A stretch of DNA of 37,787 nt. Source: a virus. The translations under genes were made by a program, and so were the position numbers. The stretch spans positions 1 through 37,787 of IMG/VR virus record IMGVR_UViG_3300008266_000182. The stretch is one strand, 5' to 3'. Positions 9,687 to 16,867 of this stretch are shown here, one piece after another. Within the stretch, counting starts at the first letter, position 1. Each line of letters starts with the position of its first letter. The notes under the pieces were generated by a model. The model was not told the origin of the DNA, ran no database searches, and was given only the letters and a program-made list of their open reading frames with translations.

Positions 9687-10322
9687 TCATAGCGTTTCCC
9701 CGATAGCCGCGGCTACTTTCACTATGCCGCGGTGGGTGGCTACTAGTGCTTTTGCCTCGTTCTCAGTCTGCACAGTTTTGATGTACTTCCCATCTATCAG
9801 AACACGATAAGTTCCGTTTTTGAGTTTGCTGTAACCTTGCGGAACGTACTTGTGAATCTTTTGTGCTTTTACGCTGGGTGTAAGAATCGCCTCAGTCAAA
9901 TCCCAGCCAGACGCCTCACGCGCCCTAACTTGGCCTTTACTCAATCCCATTTCACGTTCCCACGCGCTAATTGATTGGGTGCGATCACCAATTGAAACCA
10001 TGCGGACTACTGTTGTATTGTCTGCCTGCTCTTGCTGAGTCGCCCACCGCACGTTATTAGGTGCGTAATCGCCGTTTACATTGATGCGGTCAAGTGAGTG
10101 CTTGTTAGATGGCTTTGCCCCGATGTGGGCATAGAAAGCTGAAAATGAATTCATCCACTCTTCGCAAACTTTGATGCCGCGACCTCCGTAGTGCGGATAC
10201 TCCCTCTTCTTTGGGTTTTTGCATCTTTGCTTCATGCCTAGCCATGATTGATATTCGGGAGTCCATCTCATGCCGTGGCGCTCTACTTTTCTTGCTTTCT
10301 CCAATAGCTCACGATCTGTCAT
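9687..10322 (-). CDS. DNA-binding protein with C-terminal AP2-like domain (homing-endonuclease-associated family)
   Basis: Recalled phage family motif YQSWLGMKQRCKNPKKREYPHYGGRGIKVCEEW...DRINVNGDYAPNNVRWAT. C-terminal GTYRVLIDGKYIKTVQTENEAKAL is AP2-like. ATG 10322 preferred over the GTG at 10334. Confidence 0.55.
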   Translation of the reverse strand: MTDRELLEKARKVERHGMRWTPEYQSWLGMKQRCKNPKKREYPHYGGRGIKVCEEWMNSFSAFYAHIGAKPSNKHSLDRINVNGDYAPNNVRWATQQEQADNTTVVRMVSIGDRTQSISAWEREMGLSKGQVRAREASGWDLTEAILTPSVKAQKIHKYVPQGYSKLKNGTYRVLIDGKYIKTVQTENEAKALVATHRGIVKVAAAIGETL

Positions 10323-10405
10323 CACTTCCCCCACACCAAAAGCAAAACAGTAACCACACCCGCGAGGAAACTAGCCCTCATCACTATCACATCGCTTTTG
10401 TCCAT
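10322..10405 (-). CDS. Possible 27-aa membrane peptide
   Basis: GGAG 8 nt upstream of ATG; MDKSDVIVMRASFLAGVVTVLLLVWGK; its stop overlaps the downstream ATG; below the track size cutoff. Confidence 0.3.
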   Translation of the reverse strand: MDKSDVIVMRASFLAGVVTVLLLVWGK

Positions 10406-10535
10406 TTTCAAACTCCTGTGCAAGTAGTAGGGCATCAAGGGCAATCGCCCTCAGTGCCTCGATTGGTTTAGCCTGTAGAACGTTTGCTTTAACGTCCTCC
10501 AAGAAAGTGTATAGGCGGTGGTCTATTGATTCCAT
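10371..10535 (-). CDS. Possible 54-aa hypothetical protein
   Basis: GAGGG RBS then ATG 10535; MESIDHRLYTFLEDVKANVLQAKPIEALRAIALDALLLAQEF...; fills an otherwise empty gap in the leftward operon. Confidence 0.4.
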   Translation of the reverse strand: MESIDHRLYTFLEDVKANVLQAKPIEALRAIALDALLLAQEFENGQKRCDSDEG

Positions 10536-10541
10536 AGGTGT

Positions 10542-10811
10542 TTACCCTCGTGCCTTGAGCATTGCGTCTGCCATTTCATAAGCTCGTTTTGCATAATCAT
10601 GCTCCGAGAAACGTGATGATTCGTAAGGGAGGCCAAACCCCCATCGGATGGCCTGCCAAAGACTGCGAGGGAATCGCGGCTGAGAAACAATTGCTTTTGA
10701 CGCAAAGTAATCACGGATTGTTAGTCCGTAAGATTCAACGCCACCAAAAGTAAACCCTTCAACTGGTGGGTGAACAATGGGAAACACTGGGCCGCCTGTA
10801 TTTGTAGTCAT
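10542..10811 (-). CDS. Hypothetical protein (89 aa)
   Basis: ATG 10811 preceded by GAGAGGTGG; the longer track start at 10826 overlaps the ssb stop. Confidence 0.6.
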   Translation of the reverse strand: MTTNTGGPVFPIVHPPVEGFTFGGVESYGLTIRDYFASKAIVSQPRFPRSLWQAIRWGFGLPYESSRFSEHDYAKRAYEMADAMLKARG

Positions 10812-10822
10812 GTTGCCACCTC

Positions 10823-11269
10823 TCAAAAAGGGATTTCGTCAGAGTCCATGTCATCGAACCCGCTGCCCTGTGAACCACGAGGCGCAGGCGCTTTGCGGCT
10901 AGGTGCTGGCCGTTGGCTTGGTGCGGCTTGGCGCGGTGCGGGTTGCGAGTCATCCTTGCGACCACCCTGCAACGCAACGTCAGATACACGAATCTCCATA
11001 GCCGTCTTGTCTACGCCATCCTTTTGATAGGTGCGCTGTGTGATGTTGCCAGACACGGTGACCGATTGACCCTTGGTCAGATACTGCGACAGTGACTCAG
11101 CGCGTTTGCCGAACAGCTGGCAATTCCACCAGATAGTGGTCTTGTCTTTGCCCTGCGAATCAGCAACGCTAAAGTTAGCTACAGGGTCGCCGTTTGGCAG
11201 GTATCGCACTTCCGCATCGCGTCCAAGTTGACCTGCTATTGTGATGTTGTTCATTCTGGTTTCCTTCAT
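10823..11269 (-). CDS. ssb: Single-stranded DNA-binding protein
   Basis: OB-fold N-terminus NNITIAGQLGRDAEVRYLPNGDPVANFSVA, Gly/Pro/Gln-rich linker and acidic tail DDMDSDEIPF. Start may be 11254 instead (AAGGAA RBS). Confidence 0.9.
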   Translation of the reverse strand: MKETRMNNITIAGQLGRDAEVRYLPNGDPVANFSVADSQGKDKTTIWWNCQLFGKRAESLSQYLTKGQSVTVSGNITQRTYQKDGVDKTAMEIRVSDVALQGGRKDDSQPAPRQAAPSQRPAPSRKAPAPRGSQGSGFDDMDSDEIPF

Positions 11270-11769
11270 TTGATACGCAGTCGCGTAGTTTGGGTTAATC
11301 GTGCGCCGGTCACTTCTTCACCGGCCTTTAGTGCTTTCAGAATCTTTACCTTGTCGGGCTGTGGCGGCGGAGTTTCAGGCTGTCGCATGTAGTCCGCAGG
11401 TATGCTCATGGCGTCGTACATTTCCACCGCTGGCGGGTTCTTCACAATCGACATTTCGCACAGTGGGCAGGTAATCTTTTCAATCTGCATCCGTTGCATA
11501 TTGTCGTAGATGTATTTGCGCACGTTTGCGGCGATCTTGGTGCGCTGCTCTTTGAGTGCCTTGAGTCGTTCAATCTCCGCATCAATCGCATCATTGTGAG
11601 CCTCAGAGCTACGGGCGACATACTCCAAGGCTTGCGACTTTGTGGATATCTCATCAGTGATGCCGCTGGCCTCGATAGTGTCTGCCACTGTCTCAGCATC
11701 AAAATCACCGTTAGCAAGCGTATTGGCAAGCTCTAGATACTGATTGGCAAGGTTGTAAAGCGCGGTCAT
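11266..11769 (-). CDS. Siphovirus Gp157-like protein
   Basis: MTALYNLANQYLELANTL...IDAEIERLKALKEQR...IPADYM matches the recalled Gp157 family layout; ATG 11769 overlaps the upstream stop (ATGA). Confidence 0.6.
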   Translation of the reverse strand: MTALYNLANQYLELANTLANGDFDAETVADTIEASGITDEISTKSQALEYVARSSEAHNDAIDAEIERLKALKEQRTKIAANVRKYIYDNMQRMQIEKITCPLCEMSIVKNPPAVEMYDAMSIPADYMRQPETPPPQPDKVKILKALKAGEEVTGARLTQTTRLRIK

Positions 11770-12416
11770 GCTGGCCAAGCCTCCGACAGCTTGTCTTGTG
11801 TCTCTGCGTCAAGTAGCTCCCAAATGGCGTTTAGTGCCTTTTCATTCAGCGTGGACAGGGCTTGCGCCTCATCTCGCGCATTGCCGCCCTTTACGTGCGC
11901 AATGATGTTGATTGCCTTCTCTTGCAACTCTTGTAGTTTTTGATCTTTCTTTTGTGGTGGCTCGTATTGCTCCCGCGCCCAATCGACATACTTTGAGTCA
12001 TTCCACAAGCCGCTGAAAATGTCACCAGCGAAACCAATCATTGACAGACATTTCACCATGCCATCAGTCACTGATTTTTTACCGGCGTCTTCATCAACCA
12101 TCAAAACGCCCTTGCTTGTCATATAAGCTGCCTTTGTGCCGCCCATTTGATCGAAGGTTTCCGAGCGCACGCCGTTATGCAAATACCATACGGACACAAC
12201 AGCAACGTGCAAAACATCTGTATCGCTCATACGCTCAAATCGCTCAGACTTCACCACAACACCCCATCCGATGCCAATGGGGCCAAATACATCGGTAGCG
12301 CGTTCAATCAGCCAGTAAGGCTTAGGGCTGTCGCCTTTGTAGCTCTTGCCTGTGATGGGCTTTACAGCGCTTGGGTCTGTAACCTTGACGCTATCCCATA
12401 GGGCCTTGTTGCTCAT
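11766..12416 (-). CDS. Rad52-superfamily single-strand annealing protein (Sak/DUF1071-like)
   Basis: GKSYKGDSPKPYWLIERATDVFGPIGIGWG and DEDAGKKSVTDGMVKCLSMIGFAGDIFSG resemble recalled Rad52-like SSAP motifs; sits next to Gp157-like and SSB genes. Confidence 0.55.
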   Translation of the reverse strand: MSNKALWDSVKVTDPSAVKPITGKSYKGDSPKPYWLIERATDVFGPIGIGWGVVVKSERFERMSDTDVLHVAVVSVWYLHNGVRSETFDQMGGTKAAYMTSKGVLMVDEDAGKKSVTDGMVKCLSMIGFAGDIFSGLWNDSKYVDWAREQYEPPQKKDQKLQELQEKAINIIAHVKGGNARDEAQALSTLNEKALNAIWELLDAETQDKLSEAWPA

Positions 12417-12418
12417 TT

Positions 12419-12502
12419 TCACACCTTCCAAGCACGTTTGAGAGAGTTAAGCACCGTGAAACCGGCACGGCGGTAGATCAGATATTGGCGGATGTATTTC
12501 AT
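12419..12502 (-). CDS. Possible 27-aa basic peptide
   Basis: ATG overlaps upstream stop (ATGA); MKYIRQYLIYRRAGFTVLNSLKRAWKV; fills the gap between two genes. Confidence 0.3.
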   Translation of the reverse strand: MKYIRQYLIYRRAGFTVLNSLKRAWKV

Positions 12503-12792
12503 TTCGATTCCTCCGTAAAAACTTCCAACTCTTCCAATTTCTGCGCCACAAAGCAAGCCTGAATTGTCTCTTTGTAAGCCTTGACTAGTGGGCATTCGCT
12601 TTTCTCGATCATTGCGATAAAAGCGTTTTGTGATGCTGTTTCACCGTGGTAGTCGTTGAAAACGGCCTGCATCGGATATTGTGAAACACGTCCGCCAATG
12701 CTTTTGGCATAGCTCACATAAGGAACGCTCAGGGATGTGAAAGGCACCTTGCCAATAGCGGCGAAGGTTTGATTGATGATGTCTAGGTACAT
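12499..12792 (-). CDS. Hypothetical protein, first gene of the leftward operon
   Basis: 97 aa; ATG 12792 preceded by CCGGAGCGAGTAAATG, the conserved leader shared with other promoters of this phage. Confidence 0.65.
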   Translation of the reverse strand: MYLDIINQTFAAIGKVPFTSLSVPYVSYAKSIGGRVSQYPMQAVFNDYHGETASQNAFIAMIEKSECPLVKAYKETIQACFVAQKLEELEVFTEESK

Positions 12793-12821
12793 TTACTCGC
12801 TCCGGTTGGTTGATGTGATGG

Positions 12822-12865
12822 ATTGTCTAGCAGAAATTTGAAGCTGTACATTAGGGTATACCCTA
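12822..12865 (-). promoter_or_regulatory. Leftward early promoter: palindrome TAGGGTATACCCTAAT, TGTACA (-35-like), 17 nt, GACAAT (-10)
   Basis: Minus strand reads TAGGGTATACCCTAAT-22 nt-GACAAT, then the leader ...CCGGAGCGAGTAAATG; same architecture as at 19160, 23701 and 26250. Confidence 0.55.
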
Positions 12866-12873
12866 GGTATAAT
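12845..12873 (+). promoter_or_regulatory. Rightward sigma70-like promoter TGTACA-17-TATAAT with the palindrome filling the spacer
   Basis: Consensus -10 TATAAT at 12868-12873. The -35-like TGTACA at 12845-12850 is itself palindromic and shared with the leftward promoter. Confidence 0.55.
12852..12865. promoter_or_regulatory. Perfect 14-bp palindrome TAGGGTATACCCTA (putative operator / activator site)
   Basis: Self-complementary as read; near-identical copies at four other promoter-proximal positions. Confidence 0.6.
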
Positions 12874-12879
12874 CGCGTT

Positions 12880-12985
12880 GTCGAGTGCTGCCACATGAGA
12901 CACAATAGAGGCCCCTAGCTTCTGTTCTTGCCCGTTCAATCGGGAGCATGTGGCAGCATGCGAGAGCAGAGACTAGGGGTTTTTG
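12880..12985 (+). ncRNA. Candidate ~105-nt structured sRNA / leader RNA
   Basis: Starts just after TATAAT. It has a 13-bp helix 12885-12897/12947-12959 (extendable to 12881/12963) and an inner hairpin CCCG-ttcaat-CGGG. Loop bases CCCCTAG..TCTG (12912-12924) pair with CAGA..CTAGGGG (12967-12979), followed by TTTTT. Confidence 0.45.
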
Positions 12986-13276
12986 CTTTCTACGTCAGGG
13001 CGCGTAGACACAGCTAATGGGCCATGTCGGGGCTGCACCCATATACCGATGGCGTTTCACTGATACCCCCGACGCCGTGGCGTTTCCTAGCGACCACCAA
13101 AACACGCAACGCAAACTGACAGGTAGTCTGGCCCACTTAACGGGCGCGTGATAGTTGAATAGGACGTTCTGCGAGTAGTAGGGAGCTTTCCATAGGCTCT
13201 TGGCTAAAGGCTTCGAAAGCTGCCCACTATGGGTATCAGGAGCCTCGGGGGTATCTCATGGCCTTCTGAATGTACC

Positions 13277-13317
13277 TAGGGTTTCTACCTATGAGACAAC
13301 CCGCCGAACCGTGTAAT
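13277..13317 (+). promoter_or_regulatory. Rightward early promoter with degenerate palindrome TAGGGTTTCTACCTAT, 19 nt, TGTAAT
   Basis: Left half-site TAGGGT intact, right half degenerate; followed by the conserved leader TCATCAATCACGGAGAGAACATG. Confidence 0.45.
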
Positions 13318-13347
13318 CATTCAATCCTCATCAATCACGGAGAGAAC

Positions 13348-13692
13348 ATGAAACTCAACGAACGCCTGAGAACCATGCTCACAGCAATCGCACAATCCCC
13401 ACGCCGCGCCAACTACTTTACGCACGGTGACCGCCGCAGCCAGATTCACCCAGACATTCTGAAAACGTGGCTCGATCAAATGTGCGAGGCTGGCTACTGT
13501 TTCGAGGCAGAGCAGGCCTACCACATCACGACGCTCGGCCGCGCAAAGCTAGACCAGAAAGACCTTGCGGGGGTGCGGCAGTACGTTATCGGGCGGGGCA
13601 CTTATCGAACCGGAGATGGTGAGCATCAGCCGCCGTTCTGTCGTCCGGGGTCTGACCATTCACACATCAAGAGCAAAGGGATTCGGTGCTAA
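13348..13692 (+). CDS. Hypothetical protein, possible winged-helix DNA-binding protein; first gene of the rightward operon
   Basis: ATG 13348 has the conserved leader/RBS CGGAGAGAAC; the track start at 13270 lies upstream of the promoter elements. Confidence 0.6.
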   Translation: MKLNERLRTMLTAIAQSPRRANYFTHGDRRSQIHPDILKTWLDQMCEAGYCFEAEQAYHITTLGRAKLDQKDLAGVRQYVIGRGTYRTGDGEHQPPFCRPGSDHSHIKSKGIRC

Positions 13693-15065
13693 ATATGGAC
13701 TACGAAACATTTTTACGTAACAAGACGCACAGCACAGGAAACTACGGATTTGAGGCCGTATGGATGCCTGATTGCGCGTTTGACTTTCAGCAACACATTA
13801 TTGCCAAAGCAGTACGCAAAGGCCGTATCGGTATGTTTGCGGACACCGGACTAGGCAAGACGCTTATGCAAGTCGCCATTGCCGAGAACATTATCCGGTA
13901 CACAAACAAGCGTGTACTCATTTTGACGCCTTTGGCTGTGGCTTTTCAATTCATCGACGAGGCTACCCGCATCGGAGTGGATGACATTGCGCACAGCAAA
14001 GACGGCACATTGTCAAAGAAAATCACGGTCTGCAACTATGAGCGCCTGCACCTGTTGAATCCTGACGACTTCGTTTGCGTGATGCTGGACGAGTCATCCA
14101 TCCTGAAAAACTTTGCAGGCAAGACACGGGACGCCATCGTCGCCTTCATTAAGCGGGTTCCGTATCGTTTCTTGTCTACAGCTACACCTAGCCCTAACGA
14201 CTTTATTGAGCTGGGCAATAGCTCCGAGGCCTTGGGGTACATGGGTTATATGGACATGCTGACAAAGTTCTTCAAAAGCAACCAAAACAGCGTGGACAGC
14301 AATAACCGCAACATCGGGGAGAAATTCTACCTAAAACCACATGCCGAACGTGATTTTTTTGCATGGGTCAATCAATGGTCTGTAATGGTCAAAAAGCCAT
14401 CTGACCTCGGATTTTCTGACGAGGGTTATGGTTTACCCGCATTGCACACACGCAAGCACATGGTACAGAATGAGGCTACATGGTGCATTGACGACCAAGC
14501 ATCCCTATTTGCAATGCCTGCCAAAAGCATGACGGAGGTTCGCGAAGAACAGAAGCTGACCGTCAAGGAACGATGCGAAAAGGCTGTGCAATTAGCCGAG
14601 GGTAAGACTTCGGTTTACTGGTGCAACCTGAACGAAGAAAGCGATTTATTGAACAACCTAGACGCCGAAGCCGTGGAGATCATTGGCGGAATGTCTATTG
14701 AAAAGAAGGAGGAGATTCTTGTCGCCTTTGCCCGTGGCGACATTAAGCGTCTGATTACCAAGGCCAAGATGACCAGCATGGGTCTTAACTGGCAACACTG
14801 TAATCACACCGTATTTTTCCCCACTTGGAGCTATGAGCAGTATTACCAAGCCATCCGCCGGTTCTGGCGATTTGGCCAAAAGTCAGAAGTAGTATGCGAC
14901 ATGGTTATCAGCGAGGGGCAAGAGCGTGTACTTGAAGCACTTGAGCAAAAGACACAAAAAGCCATTGAGCTATACGGAAACCTAGTAGCCGCTGCAAACC
15001 GCGACTTCAGTTTTTCAACCAAACAATTTACACAAACCGTTCAACTACCCGAGTTCCTCAAATGA
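13686..15065 (+). CDS. SNF2/DEAD-like superfamily 2 helicase
   Basis: Motif I ADTGLGKT, motif II MLDESS and a C-terminal helicase domain (RLITKAKMTSMGLNWQ, AIRRFWRFGQ). GTG 13686 (AAGGGA RBS) or ATG 13695. Confidence 0.8.
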   Translation: MLNMDYETFLRNKTHSTGNYGFEAVWMPDCAFDFQQHIIAKAVRKGRIGMFADTGLGKTLMQVAIAENIIRYTNKRVLILTPLAVAFQFIDEATRIGVDDIAHSKDGTLSKKITVCNYERLHLLNPDDFVCVMLDESSILKNFAGKTRDAIVAFIKRVPYRFLSTATPSPNDFIELGNSSEALGYMGYMDMLTKFFKSNQNSVDSNNRNIGEKFYLKPHAERDFFAWVNQWSVMVKKPSDLGFSDEGYGLPALHTRKHMVQNEATWCIDDQASLFAMPAKSMTEVREEQKLTVKERCEKAVQLAEGKTSVYWCNLNEESDLLNNLDAEAVEIIGGMSIEKKEEILVAFARGDIKRLITKAKMTSMGLNWQHCNHTVFFPTWSYEQYYQAIRRFWRFGQKSEVVCDMVISEGQERVLEALEQKTQKAIELYGNLVAAANRDFSFSTKQFTQTVQLPEFLK

Positions 15066-16099
15066 AAACAAAAGACCAGATCATCACTCCGCAATACGCC
15101 ATTTACAACTCTGACTGCATGGAGGTATTACCCACACTGCCGGACAACTCTGTGGACTTGTCGGTGTACTCTCCCCCATTCGCGGGGCTGTATAACTACA
15201 GTTCAAGCGAACGCGACTTTTCCAACTGCGAAAGCAAAGAGCAATTTTTGGAGCAATACGAATTCCTAATTGCCCAAATGGCCCGAGTAACAAAGCCCGG
15301 ACGCATTACCGCTGTGCATTGCACGGACGTCTTTGATAACGCTTGCCGCTTATGGGACTTCCCCCACGAAATCATCCGCTTGCATGAAAAATACGGATTT
15401 CAGTACCGCAACCGCATCACCATTTGGAAACAGCCTTTGAAGGTGCGTATGCGCACGATGGTCAAGAGCCTGATGCACAAATTGATTGTTGAGGACTCTA
15501 CTCAGTGCTTTACGGCAATGCCTGATTACATGCTGATTCTGACCAAGAAGGGGGACAGCGAAGTGCCAGTTACACACCCGCACGGACTGAAACGATACTT
15601 TGGCGAAACTCCGATTCTGCCGAACATTCTTCGCGCTTTTAACAACGCAAACGAAACACGGTTCACCGAAGAAGAATTGTGGGAATACCTGAAGAACACA
15701 TTTATCGACCACAAAGACCCAAAGAGCAACAAGCTGTCACATTACATCTGGCAGCGTTACGCCTCCAGCGTTTGGGATGACATTCGTATTGATAACGTTT
15801 TGCCATTCCGCGACAGCCGCGAGGAAGATGATGAGAAGCACGTACACCCGCTACAGCTTGACGTCATCGACCGGATTGTCGAGATGTACAGCAACGAAGG
15901 CGAGGTTGTCCTGACTCCATTCATGGGCGTAGGCTCCGAGGTTTACAGCCCCGTTTCTATGGGCCGCAAAGCCATTGGGATTGAACTGAAAGATAGCTAT
16001 TTCAAGCAAGCCAAGATCAATCTTGAACTAGCGTCAAAACGGTTTGAAACCGGCCAAGTTTTCAAGCAAGAATCCTTGATTGAATCGGAAGAAATGTAA
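15062..16099 (+). CDS. DNA methyltransferase, N4/N6 (beta-class) family
   Basis: Motif IV SPPF (DLSVYSPPFAGLYNY) precedes the AdoMet motif LTPFMGVGSE; ATGA coupling to the helicase gene. Confidence 0.85.
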   Translation: MKTKDQIITPQYAIYNSDCMEVLPTLPDNSVDLSVYSPPFAGLYNYSSSERDFSNCESKEQFLEQYEFLIAQMARVTKPGRITAVHCTDVFDNACRLWDFPHEIIRLHEKYGFQYRNRITIWKQPLKVRMRTMVKSLMHKLIVEDSTQCFTAMPDYMLILTKKGDSEVPVTHPHGLKRYFGETPILPNILRAFNNANETRFTEEELWEYLKNTFIDHKDPKSNKLSHYIWQRYASSVWDDIRIDNVLPFRDSREEDDEKHVHPLQLDVIDRIVEMYSNEGEVVLTPFMGVGSEVYSPVSMGRKAIGIELKDSYFKQAKINLELASKRFETGQVFKQESLIESEEM

Positions 16100-16368
16100 T
16101 GAAACAACACCGCCCTGACAAGCGGTTAGAGCGTGGGGAATATCTCTCCCGCGCTCGTTCTATGGCCCTACGGGGCCAAGAGCTACCGCAAACCAAACTG
16201 CTAGACCTCGACATTGTTTCAATCCGTAGTGCCGCTAAACAACGCGAAAACCTGCGCAAACACATCCGCGAGAACCTGAGCAATGAAGCATTGGCCAAGC
16301 AATACGGGGTTCACGTTCGCACGATAGAAAAAGCCCTATCGTATGAAACAGGCAGTCATATCCCATGA
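16099..16368 (+). CDS. Small HTH protein, Mor/C-like transcriptional activator candidate
   Basis: C-terminal NEALAKQYGVHVRTIEKAL resembles the recalled Mu Mor HTH (ELTTRYGVTFNTVYKAI); 89 aa. Confidence 0.45.
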   Translation: MKQHRPDKRLERGEYLSRARSMALRGQELPQTKLLDLDIVSIRSAAKQRENLRKHIRENLSNEALAKQYGVHVRTIEKALSYETGSHIP

Positions 16369-16565
16369 AATGCGTTCGATGCGGTAAGGAAATGGACAAA
16401 GCCGCCGCATGGGTAGGCGCTTACCCTATCGGGCCTAAGTGCCTAGAGAAAATGGACGGTAAACGGCTGGCCGTCCATGTGAAGGTAGTTAAAAGCGAAC
16501 AGCCTGATTTATTTGGAGATCAAGATGAAAACCACCCAAGGCCGCAAACTGATCGCCATGCTTAA
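16365..16565 (+). CDS. Small hypothetical protein with a Cys pair motif (possible zinc ribbon)
   Basis: CVRCGK...GPKC; ATGA coupling to the upstream gene. Confidence 0.5.
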   Translation: MKCVRCGKEMDKAAAWVGAYPIGPKCLEKMDGKRLAVHVKVVKSEQPDLFGDQDENHPRPQTDRHA

Positions 16566-16734
16566 AAGGCGCGGTATGTCAACCCTTGAGCTACAACAGG
16601 CGGGGCTATCAACCTGCCCTTGGAAGCGAATTGTCGAGCAGCTAACCCAGCGCGAAGAGCTAACCAAAACCAAGCGATACCCCGATAACGGGCGCTGGTT
16701 TTATGTTTATCGGGTAGTGACTCGAAAGGCGTGA
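16525..16734 (+). CDS. Small hypothetical protein, possible winged-helix
   Basis: ATG 16525 preceded by GGAGATCAAG; MKTTQGRKLIAMLKRRGMSTLELQQAGLS...; the track start at 16513 is TTG. Confidence 0.55.
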   Translation: MKTTQGRKLIAMLKRRGMSTLELQQAGLSTCPWKRIVEQLTQREELTKTKRYPDNGRWFYVYRVVTRKA

Positions 16735-16776
16735 TCGGGTAAAATGCAGTCATCCCTTGGCGGGGATTATTTGGGC

Positions 16777-16858
16777 AAGCCCTAGACGGTATTCTGCTGG
16801 TGCCCACCAGTCCGCCAACACGCGAAAGCGTGAGAGTACCGCCTAGGGCTTTTTTATT
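16777..16858 (+). terminator. Complex intrinsic terminator (three-way junction) before the replication genes
   Basis: The outer stem AAGCCCTAGACGGTA/TACCGCCTAGGGCTT has 1 mismatch. It encloses CTGGT-gccc-ACCAG (16797-16810) and CACGC-GAAA-GCGTG (16819-16832), and is followed by TTTTTTATT. Confidence 0.55.
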
Positions 16859-16867
16859 GGGATAAAC

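Noticed and set aside
13016-13153. 45-aa ORF in the long intergenic region
   Set aside because: It has no Shine-Dalgarno sequence and the peptide composition looks arbitrary. The region is better explained as regulatory or RNA.
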